Source of the DNA: Escherichia coli phage NG_A1
Reading direction: 5' to 3' (one strand)
DNA length: 64,000 nt
Sequence record: LC788705.1
The notes under the pieces: model-generated
Databases searched by the model: none
Seen by the model: the letters and a program-made list of their open reading frames with translations, nothing else
Told to the model about the DNA's origin: nothing
Program-made: the position numbers and the translations under genes
In this document: positions 19,088 to 26,622 of the stretch, piece by piece
Layout: each line of letters opens with the position of its first letter
Position numbering within the stretch: position 1 is the stretch's first letter

Positions 19088-20556
19088 ATATCGCTGGCCT
19101 GTTCACCTGTTGAATTTTCAGCTTTGTCTTTCTTAGCACGTTTAGATTGAGCCGGCTTATCCTTCTCAATAGGGATAACGAACTCAGCTTCCATTTGAGA
19201 TATATCTTCCATTGCTAGATTGGTAGTGTTATCCATCCGCAGGGTTTCCCAGTTCATTTTAGGCATAAACTTCACGCTATCAGAAGAACGAGTCTTAACG
19301 AAGTCAAACATAATAGCACCTTGACCATTATCAGCTTTTGCAGCATTAAGATTAGCAGCCATGTCTGCGGAATCAAGAATCCCCTTTGACATACGTGTTC
19401 TACCATCTTGATCGATCTGGTAAGGAGCTACGCCAGCCACGTTATGTTTCTGGCAGATGGATTTGAAAGACGAGCTAACAACCATCTGTTCTTTCCAGTC
19501 ATACATATCAATGGTTTTAGAATCTGGAAGTCGGGTTTGGTTAATATAGTCCAGTAAAGCTACTGTAACTTTATCACCATATCTAGCAACTAATTTATTT
19601 AATTCTACGTCAACTGTTGTAATGGACAGTTCAGGGTCATAAACGATAATCATAGGAGTATGTAGTTCATACCCTTCTATTAGCTTACTCTCCATATCGT
19701 AGAAATCACTCATCTTAGCCATTGTATACTGTTTAACGAAGTTATCGAAAAGCTCTTCACCACCGTTGAACATTCTAGCTCTAGTTCTGGCTAATCTCAA
19801 TAGAGCTGCACCTTCTAGAGTATTATTACGCATTGCTAGTGCTGATACCCCGGCTAACATGGCTAGATTACGTCTAAATACTTCATGTTCTTTCATCTCA
19901 ATTGAGAAGTATGGAGCAATATCTCCATTCAAATATTGCTGAACCTGTATGTTTGAACAGATAATGGATTTACCAGTACCACGCCAACCACCAAGCAGTA
20001 ACGTTTCTGTGCGAGCTAAACCAATTTGAGCGTCGAACTCATTACAAATACCAAGAGCGATTAAGTTCAGTTTGGTATCTTCTTCTCTCTGGAAAATACG
20101 CATGTTATCTGCGTTGAATACTTTTCCAGTATTCGTTACTTTCTCTTCTAATTTTAAGTGAAGGGAGGCAACTCGGTTGAGAATTTCTCCCTGATCCAGC
20201 ATTGTTAAATCTTGAAGCACGTCTGTTTCTAGAAGCTTCAGGAATAAATCCTGTGTATATTCAGCCTCTAGGACTTCAAGTGCCTGTTCCATGCTCACTT
20301 CTGGAATTTGAGTGTTAGCTAAGACGACTAGAGCTTGAGAAAGGCGGGCGTTCCTATTAGCTTCAAGCATAAGTGCGTCAATGGACGGCATTGTGTTATA
20401 TTTTTTATAATAATTCTGGACGGCTTGGTAAATTGAGGAGAAAGCGTCATTAAAATGATCTTTATGCAGTTTTGAGAATGTTTCCAATGCTATTTGCTTC
20501 TGTTCGGAAGCTAGAAGCATCTTCAACACTACAGCTTGCACGTTAAACAAGGTCAT
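19084..20556 (-). CDS. Replicative helicase-like ATPase (DnaB/RecA-fold)
   Basis: Walker A GGWRGTGKS, Walker B IIVYDPE; start placed at ATG 20556 with AAGGAG RBS because the longer ORF start lies inside a terminator hairpin. Confidence 0.7.
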   Translation of the reverse strand: MTLFNVQAVVLKMLLASEQKQIALETFSKLHKDHFNDAFSSIYQAVQNYYKKYNTMPSIDALMLEANRNARLSQALVVLANTQIPEVSMEQALEVLEAEYTQDLFLKLLETDVLQDLTMLDQGEILNRVASLHLKLEEKVTNTGKVFNADNMRIFQREEDTKLNLIALGICNEFDAQIGLARTETLLLGGWRGTGKSIICSNIQVQQYLNGDIAPYFSIEMKEHEVFRRNLAMLAGVSALAMRNNTLEGAALLRLARTRARMFNGGEELFDNFVKQYTMAKMSDFYDMESKLIEGYELHTPMIIVYDPELSITTVDVELNKLVARYGDKVTVALLDYINQTRLPDSKTIDMYDWKEQMVVSSSFKSICQKHNVAGVAPYQIDQDGRTRMSKGILDSADMAANLNAAKADNGQGAIMFDFVKTRSSDSVKFMPKMNWETLRMDNTTNLAMEDISQMEAEFVIPIEKDKPAQSKRAKKDKAENSTGEQASDI

Positions 20557-20590
20557 TCTCCTTTGCACGCTTTCGTGCCTTCTAAATGCA

Positions 20591-20628
20591 AAAAGGGGAA
20601 GGAGCATAGCCCCCTCCCCTTAGGTTTA
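20591..20628 (-). terminator. Rho-independent terminator after D5-like gene
   Basis: Minus-strand G/C-rich hairpin (AAGGGGA...TCCCCTT) followed by a T-run. Confidence 0.65.
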
Positions 20629-20638
20629 ATTTACCAGA

Positions 20639-21406
20639 TTATTCAGCAGCCGCAGCTTTTGCATCCAGTTTAGCACGCTTAGCGGCACCATCATAGTCCT
20701 TAGCAACCAGACCACGACGAGACAGCATAGATTTAACACCGCGCTCAGACTTACCAGTTTTCTCAGCGATCTCAGCAACAGTCATGTTAACCAGATCCAG
20801 ACCTTCTAACAGATCTTCACGAGTTTTAGCACTTGAGGTTTCCTGTACCGGCATAGCAGCGATACGACCTTCACGAAGCAGGCTCAGAGCTTTACCGCGG
20901 ATCTGCTTAATATTACGACCGAAGTGAGCAGCGATAGCTTCAATAGTAGCACCAGCAACAACCTGATTAACAAAATCAGTTTCTTCATCTGGAGTGAAGG
21001 AACGAACAGCAGCAGCTTTTTCGGTTGGCTTAACAGAAGCGGTCATTTCCAGACTCAGAATCTTACCCTGTACCTGCTTAGCACCGAACTGACCACCAGC
21101 CACAGCAGCAGCGATTTCAGCATAGGTATACTGACCAGCATGAGCGTTCAGGAAATCAACCAGTTCAGCTTCCTGCTCAGGAGTCCACGGGGATTTCTGT
21201 ACTTCGTTAGCTTTCTGTACTTCAAAACCTTCTTTACGCAGTTTAGAGCCAACAGAGCGAGCGGTAACATCTTTGCCAGTTTCAGCGGCCAGTTCAGCAG
21301 CGATAGCAGCTACTTGTTCTTGAGAGATTACAGCAACACCCAGAGCAGTGGCTTTTGCTTTCAGAGACTCGGTTACACCTTCTACGTTCCAGTTCAGTTT
21401 AGACAT
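20639..21406 (-). CDS. DNA-binding protein with three HTH-like repeat modules (T5 D5-like)
   Basis: 255 aa, Ala-rich; three ~45-aa repeats each ending in a helix-turn-helix-like stretch (e.g. MTVAEIAEKTGKSERGVKSMLSRRGL). Confidence 0.5.
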   Translation of the reverse strand: MSKLNWNVEGVTESLKAKATALGVAVISQEQVAAIAAELAAETGKDVTARSVGSKLRKEGFEVQKANEVQKSPWTPEQEAELVDFLNAHAGQYTYAEIAAAVAGGQFGAKQVQGKILSLEMTASVKPTEKAAAVRSFTPDEETDFVNQVVAGATIEAIAAHFGRNIKQIRGKALSLLREGRIAAMPVQETSSAKTREDLLEGLDLVNMTVAEIAEKTGKSERGVKSMLSRRGLVAKDYDGAAKRAKLDAKAAAAE

Positions 21407-22172
21407 TATTATTTTTCTCCAATAGTTCTTTAATCGACAGGATTTCTATCCCATTCGTTTCGGCTTTCTTATAAGATGAGGAAGAACGTTTTGATTCATC
21501 CTCACAGATTAGGTATTTGACGTCTTTGGTAACGGATTTCTTAACCGTGTATCCTAGACCTTCTAAGTAGTTTGTTGCATCCGTTCGATTTGCAAAATCT
21601 TGCAAAGATCCGGTAATACATACCGCGATTCCATTTGGCTGGGCAACTAAATCATCAGTAACGACGGTTTTAGCTTTAGCACCAGTTGAGAATTTCCACG
21701 GTAATTCGATAACATCCTTGCCTTGTGGGGAATTTAGCCAGGCTTTATAATTTTCTCCAGCCTTGCCGTCAGCCTTCACATCATGGAAGCTAGTGCAATT
21801 TTGGGATAATTTCTTTGCTGCAACCTCTCCAATTAGAGGGATTCCTAAAGAACCGAGAACTGAACCAAAGTCAATGTCTCCGCGAACTTTAGTATTTAAT
21901 TCGCTAATTAACTTAGCGGCAACCTTGCTACCCACGGCTCTAACCAAATCTTCTTCGGTTAGGTAAAAGAGTTCTGAAATCTTCGTCAGCTCCAGCTTCT
22001 CAATAGTTTTCGGGCCAAAGCCCTTTAACTTCATTTTTGAACAGAAGTTCTCAATTAACTTACTTGATTGCGCTGGACAGTTGGACTTATTCCGACAGAA
22101 TAATTGTCCGTTGACAAGATCTAGCTTAGAACCACAAGAGGGACATTGTGTTGGAATTTCGATTTTCATCAA
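21399..22172 (-). CDS. ligB: NAD-dependent DNA ligase, C-terminal subunit (Zn finger, HhH, BRCT)
   Basis: CPSCGSKL...C...C zinc finger, HhH segments, BRCT-like C-terminus (IAVCITGSL...YLICE). Confidence 0.8.
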   Translation of the reverse strand: MMKIEIPTQCPSCGSKLDLVNGQLFCRNKSNCPAQSSKLIENFCSKMKLKGFGPKTIEKLELTKISELFYLTEEDLVRAVGSKVAAKLISELNTKVRGDIDFGSVLGSLGIPLIGEVAAKKLSQNCTSFHDVKADGKAGENYKAWLNSPQGKDVIELPWKFSTGAKAKTVVTDDLVAQPNGIAVCITGSLQDFANRTDATNYLEGLGYTVKKSVTKDVKYLICEDESKRSSSSYKKAETNGIEILSIKELLEKNNNV

Positions 22173-22199
22173 ATTTCTTCCTTATCAATTTATATAAAT

Positions 22200-22228
22200 A
22201 TTATAGCAAGTATTTAAGCATTTAGCAA
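22200..22228 (-). promoter_or_regulatory. Early promoter inside the ligA-ligB spacer
   Basis: Minus-strand TTGCTA-N17-TATAAT with A/T-rich UP element; a second TTGACA-N17-TATACT lies about 100 nt upstream. Confidence 0.65.
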
Positions 22229-22371
22229 CTACAATTTTAACTAACTTTGCTTACCCTCGCCATAACTTTCTATCCCTCAACTGAATGATAATAGTATATA
22301 CCTAAGCGGCGAAAATGTCAATAACCACTTTATAATTCCGATATGGTAGATGGGTAGCAAAGGGTTATGTA

Positions 22372-23343
22372 TTAATCGTATACTCGCTCTACTATGCACG
22401 GGATTACACCACCAGCACGAATCACTCGAATTTGGCAACCGATCTCTAGATCAAGAGAGTTAATATAATCAACGTTATTAAGAGTCGCTTTAACAATTGT
22501 AGCATCATCAATAATTACCGGTTCGAAATAACCAACTGGAGTTACTTTACCAGAAGCCCCTACCTGCCATTCAACTTTAGTAAGAGTTGTAATCTCACCT
22601 TCTTCATCCTCTTTAATAGCGAATGCTCCACGAGGGAATTTATTAGTCCAGCCTTCTCGGAAGAACTTGTTGTTGTCGTTAATACGAACAACTTTACCGT
22701 CCGTCGGAATCCATTTAAAGAAGGAACGCACATTAACAACTGTTAAGAAGTTCTCATTCTCTAGCCAAAGCATATCTTTTAAATACGCTTCTGTAATACC
22801 TACAGATTCAGCAGAACACTGGATACCATATGCAACGAAGATTAAACCACCTTCCCCGATACGTTGTACAAAATCATCACTATCTTTGAGGTTAATAGCA
22901 CCAGAGGCAAAGTTACGTTTATTTTCTACTTCTTTTGTAATTAGAACTTCACCAGTGATTTGAGTAGGTACTTTTTGGGAAATCTTTTTAGGGATGTTCA
23001 GCAATCTTACGTTGCTTGTGACATCATTCCCTAGAATACCATTACCACGAGTTAGTGCTTGAACAAATTCGCCATTAATATATAACAGAGAAATCGCACA
23101 ACCATCTAACTTATCAGTTTCTACTTGACCTAACGGGTTAAATGGGGGTTTATCTCCACGATTATAATAAACTTTCTGTAAAGAATACATACGATACAGA
23201 TGTGGAATATCACCCTTAGGTCCGATCTCTTCTTCTAACGGGAAGCGTTTTACCAGGCAATCATACTCCTCATCTGAGATTAAAGACATACCTTGATAAT
23301 ATGCTTCTTGGCAACGTTTAATAAAGTCTTTTACATTGGTCAT
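22372..23343 (-). CDS. ligA: NAD-dependent DNA ligase, N-terminal subunit (adenylation + OB domain)
   Basis: KxDG adenylation motif (ETDKLDGCAISLLY), NAD-ligase motifs, OB-fold C-terminus. Confidence 0.85.
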   Translation of the reverse strand: MTNVKDFIKRCQEAYYQGMSLISDEEYDCLVKRFPLEEEIGPKGDIPHLYRMYSLQKVYYNRGDKPPFNPLGQVETDKLDGCAISLLYINGEFVQALTRGNGILGNDVTSNVRLLNIPKKISQKVPTQITGEVLITKEVENKRNFASGAINLKDSDDFVQRIGEGGLIFVAYGIQCSAESVGITEAYLKDMLWLENENFLTVVNVRSFFKWIPTDGKVVRINDNNKFFREGWTNKFPRGAFAIKEDEEGEITTLTKVEWQVGASGKVTPVGYFEPVIIDDATIVKATLNNVDYINSLDLEIGCQIRVIRAGGVIPCIVERVYD

Positions 23344-23616
23344 TTATTCTGCCTCATAGTATGTGGGTTGTCTAGTGGATCCGTGCCATGTATAATTTTT
23401 GCAAAGATGCAAATATGTAGTTTTTACTAGCCTATCTGACAACGGAGAGTATATTTCAGCTACTAATACTTCTTTTTCGTAATGAAGTGAAATCAGCTTA
23501 TACCCACTTCTAGTTTTAGTATACTTTTCTCCATTAATCTTCTCCTCCCACATAAGTATAAGAGGCTGTCCGATGTACGGGAAAGGTTTAAGTGTACTTA
23601 TACTTATCTTTTTCAC
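23344..23616 (-). CDS. Hypothetical protein
   Basis: 90-aa ORF immediately downstream of ligA start region; own promoter at 23647-23675. Confidence 0.45.
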   Translation of the reverse strand: MKKISISTLKPFPYIGQPLILMWEEKINGEKYTKTRSGYKLISLHYEKEVLVAEIYSPLSDRLVKTTYLHLCKNYTWHGSTRQPTYYEAE

Positions 23617-23646
23617 TTTGCAACCCTCTCATTAATTTATATAAAT

Positions 23647-23675
23647 ATTATATAACAAAACTGAGTTGAAAGCAA
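23647..23675 (-). promoter_or_regulatory. Early promoter
   Basis: Minus-strand TTGCTT-N17-TATAAT followed by the conserved AAATTAATGAGAGG leader. Confidence 0.65.
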
Positions 23676-23702
23676 GTACATTTATAAAGAAAAAGCCAAG
23701 AA

Positions 23703-24011
23703 CTAGGCATTCTTGGCTTTGAGTTCTTCAGCTCGTTTCTGTACTTCATGTAAAACCTCAGATTCGCTAAGAATCTGTGTAAACGCATAGAAAAGCTGTG
23801 ATGTTGTTTCTAGGGTGTAAGGAAAAGAGAAGCCAGATTTCGTTGGAAACCATTCATCATTAATATCAAGAAGCCAGTAACGAATACCCATGTATAGATT
23901 CCCACGAAATTCAGATACTGTTAATCTTACTTGTTCCCCCTCCTTCTCCCAAAGTATGATGGACTGGTCATCAACGTGTCCTTCATAGTTTTGATTTACC
24001 TGTTCGCTCAT
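23703..24011 (-). CDS. Hypothetical protein
   Basis: 102-aa ORF. Confidence 0.45.
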   Translation of the reverse strand: MSEQVNQNYEGHVDDQSIILWEKEGEQVRLTVSEFRGNLYMGIRYWLLDINDEWFPTKSGFSFPYTLETTSQLFYAFTQILSESEVLHEVQKRAEELKAKNA

Positions 24012-24026
24012 TTACATATCCCAAAT

Positions 24027-24051
24027 ACACAAAAAGCCCCATATAGGGGCT
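24027..24051 (-). terminator. Rho-independent terminator
   Basis: Minus-strand AGCCCC-TATAT-GGGGCT hairpin followed by TTTTTGTG. Confidence 0.65.
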
Positions 24052-24061
24052 AATTGGTTTC

Positions 24062-24358
24062 TTATCGGCCTACTGGAGAAGCACGATCTAACTCTGATTG
24101 GAGGCTAGTCACACGACGGACTTTCTCGACAGGAATAAAACGGAAGCTATCATTAGTACGAGAGAAGACAAGGATCTCATCATCTTTCGCTTTACGAATA
24201 CGTTCACGTTTAATACGCTCAGCCAGATATTTATCTTGGGCTGGATCAAATTCCATCGTACCCTGAAGGTACGTGGTTCCTTTCTGACGAAGTTTCTCGT
24301 AATGAAGATAAAACTCACCAAATTTTTCACATTGTGCGATAATTTCAGCTTTGGTCAT
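24062..24358 (-). CDS. Hypothetical protein
   Basis: 98-aa ORF with ATG start. Confidence 0.45.
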   Translation of the reverse strand: MTKAEIIAQCEKFGEFYLHYEKLRQKGTTYLQGTMEFDPAQDKYLAERIKRERIRKAKDDEILVFSRTNDSFRFIPVEKVRRVTSLQSELDRASPVGR

Positions 24359-24394
24359 AACTGTGTTCCTTTTGTTGGTGGATTTATCTAAAAA

Positions 24395-24805
24395 TTACTT
24401 AGTGATAGCTCGGATTGCTTCTGCCAGATGAGCAGCCGCTTTACCGGTCAGTTTGTCGATAATTGCATCATCCAGAAAATCTGGTGCTAGGCCAGCATCA
24501 GAGAATGCTGAACGAAGATCGGCATGAGCTTGGGCTTTGGAAGTGCGAGAACCACCAGAAGCTTTTTCTCCAGTAGATGCACTAGATTTAGAAGCAGAGC
24601 CAGCAGCTTTCTTGATATATACACCTGCTTTGGTCAACTTCATACGAAAACCGTTCGGAGTTACACCATTTTCCTGAGCAATTTCGCTAACAATTTCCAT
24701 GCTAACACCCGGACGTTCATCCTCTGGGAATTGCTCCATACGAGCAACGTATTCGGAAGACATTTTTTCGAACAGTTCATCAGTCCACTGAGTTGGAGTA
24801 GTCAT
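24395..24805 (-). CDS. DNA-binding protein, single-module paralog of the D5-like repeat protein
   Basis: 136 aa; HTH-like module and Ala/Ser-rich linker resembling the repeats of 20639-21406. Confidence 0.45.
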   Translation of the reverse strand: MTTPTQWTDELFEKMSSEYVARMEQFPEDERPGVSMEIVSEIAQENGVTPNGFRMKLTKAGVYIKKAAGSASKSSASTGEKASGGSRTSKAQAHADLRSAFSDAGLAPDFLDDAIIDKLTGKAAAHLAEAIRAITK

Positions 24806-24862
24806 ATTTTATATTTCCTTAATTAAGAATTAAACAGAATAGTTCTTTCAAACTATGAGAAT

Positions 24863-24891
24863 ATTATATCAAGAATTATAGGATTAAGCAA
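24863..24891 (-). promoter_or_regulatory. Early promoter
   Basis: Minus-strand TTGCTT-N17-TATAAT with A/T-rich upstream element. Confidence 0.65.
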
Positions 24892-24908
24892 CTGAAATTT
24901 TTCTGTAG

Positions 24909-25184
24909 TTACTCCACCAGGCCAACAGCAAGCATATCATCAATGCTGGCAATCTCCCAATCGTCAGCAATAGCTTCGCATACTGTTAACGTAACAACCT
25001 CACTATAGGGATAATTACCAGCTACCCAGGTATGTTGGGTAACTACATCTGAGTCAGCGTCTAAAGTTAGTAACACTAAGCCATTATTGTCATTATCCCA
25101 GCTTCTACGATATAGAGTTTTTACTTCCCCATCTTTAAGCAAATCTGTTAGCTTACTCACGGCGTTTTCCTTTTTCTTTATCAA
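24909..25184 (-). CDS. Hypothetical protein
   Basis: 91-aa ORF. Confidence 0.4.
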   Translation of the reverse strand: MIKKKENAVSKLTDLLKDGEVKTLYRRSWDNDNNGLVLLTLDADSDVVTQHTWVAGNYPYSEVVTLTVCEAIADDWEIASIDDMLAVGLVE

Positions 25185-25857
25185 GTTTCAGGGCAGCCTT
25201 AGCAGCTTCGTTAATCAACGTAATAATTTCTTCACGAGTCCACTTATATCCTAGAGATTTTACGTCTACCCCTAACTTTTCCAGATGTTTAACAGAAGCC
25301 AGCTCGTAATTCATATAATGAACGTTCTGTTGTTTGCCTTCTGATAGAAGCCATACACGGTAACAACCAACAGGGTTATCCATTGCTTTTTTGATTTCAC
25401 CGATACACTGGTATCCAGGAACCCAAACAAGCTCACCAACTGCAAATTCTTCTGCTACAGCATCATCAGGAATAATTGGAGGATTCAATGGATCTACAAT
25501 ATCATTCAAACGAAGCAGAGCACCATATCGTTCCAGAACAGATTTAACCATTGCTACAGAGCGGTAATTACGATCGGCAATCTCTTCGAAAGAATCACCA
25601 GATAAATACTGCTCAATAACGTTAGCTAACTCAATGCCTTCAATGAGTGTGCCACGTTTCTTTTTCTTCATTTCGGCAACTTGAATCTGGCGGTCTTGCC
25701 ATTCTTCAATCATCCTTTCCATAGTTGTGTTGGATGATACGCCAAGCATTTCACATGCTGCTTTCTTAGTACCACCGTTCTCTAGATGCTCTATAACTTT
25801 TTTAAAGACTTCATCAGGGATTTCATGGATATGTTTCTTTCTGCGAGAACCAGCCAT
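25153..25857 (-). CDS. Putative HTH DNA-binding/regulatory protein
   Basis: 234 aa; N-terminal HTH (GGTKKAACEMLGVSSNTTMERM) as in small-terminase/transposase-type HTH domains. Confidence 0.5.
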   Translation of the reverse strand: MAGSRRKKHIHEIPDEVFKKVIEHLENGGTKKAACEMLGVSSNTTMERMIEEWQDRQIQVAEMKKKKRGTLIEGIELANVIEQYLSGDSFEEIADRNYRSVAMVKSVLERYGALLRLNDIVDPLNPPIIPDDAVAEEFAVGELVWVPGYQCIGEIKKAMDNPVGCYRVWLLSEGKQQNVHYMNYELASVKHLEKLGVDVKSLGYKWTREEIITLINEAAKAALKLDKEKGKRRE

Positions 25858-25888
25858 ATTTAAACTCCTCTCTCAAATTTATGAATCT

Positions 25889-25917
25889 ATTATACAGAAA
25901 AATTTTCCTGAAAGCAA
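25889..25917 (-). promoter_or_regulatory. Early promoter
   Basis: Minus-strand TTGCTT-N17-TATAAT plus conserved AAATTTGAGAGAGG leader. Confidence 0.65.
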
Positions 25918-25925
25918 ATAAATTT

Positions 25926-26384
25926 TTAATTTGGATAGAGTTCGGACTTAAAATTAGCCCTAACTTTTTTAGCCTCTTCTATAGTATTGCACTGCTGGTA
26001 CTTACGAATAGACCCTTTCTGCATTAGCACACAGTATTTATCGCCCCTCATGTAGATATTAGGCTCGCCCAACTTATTGTCTTTACGTACATTAATATTG
26101 TGCATTTGCTTAGATCTATTGGAGTCTTCTAAATTCTCTATAAAGTTGCAATCTTTAATCCTGTTTTTGTGGTCTATCTCTTCTGGTATATACCCCTTAT
26201 GATATAAGAATACCAGCTGATGCTCTCCCCAGTGCCTACGCTTAAACCCTATTCTTATATACCCTTTATGTTTACCCCCGGCAAACTTACCTACTAGACT
26301 CTTCTGTCTTGTTTTCTTCCATTTAAGATGGCCTGTTTCAGGATCATACTCAAAAGCCTCCCTAACCTCTTCCTGTGTTATCAT
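25926..26384 (-). CDS. HNH homing endonuclease
   Basis: HNH motif (EEIDHKNRIKDCNFIENL...SNRSKQ). Confidence 0.75.
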   Translation of the reverse strand: MITQEEVREAFEYDPETGHLKWKKTRQKSLVGKFAGGKHKGYIRIGFKRRHWGEHQLVFLYHKGYIPEEIDHKNRIKDCNFIENLEDSNRSKQMHNINVRKDNKLGEPNIYMRGDKYCVLMQKGSIRKYQQCNTIEEAKKVRANFKSELYPN

Positions 26385-26622
26385 TTTCTTTAATCAATTC
26401 TCCCAATTCTCTATAGATTTGATCTAACTCAAAAGATATACGTAATGATATACTTTGCTTTCTCTGCTTTAGCAACCATGCGCCTATACCATTTATGGAT
26501 GCTAGTCTAGCAGGAACCACCCTACATAGCTTTTCCGAAGTATCATAAACAGGAACTTTACGTTCTTTTACTGGAAACTTCCTTGTTTCCCATTTTTTAT
26601 TCTTCACTGTCATTTCTAGCAC
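26362..26622 (-). CDS. Hypothetical protein
   Basis: 86-aa ORF overlapping neighbours. Confidence 0.35.
   Translation of the reverse strand: MLEMTVKNKKWETRKFPVKERKVPVYDTSEKLCRVVPARLASINGIGAWLLKQRKQSISLRISFELDQIYRELGELIKENDNTGRG

Noticed and set aside
20597-20607. ATG at 20607 as the start of the DnaB-like helicase gene
   Set aside because: That codon sits inside the terminator hairpin of the upstream gene; the ATG at 20556 with an AAGGAG RBS was used.
22173-22371. Intron or intein separating the two ligase halves
   Set aside because: The spacer is short, AT-rich, contains two promoters and an RBS for ligB, and shows no group I/II intron structure or intein motifs.
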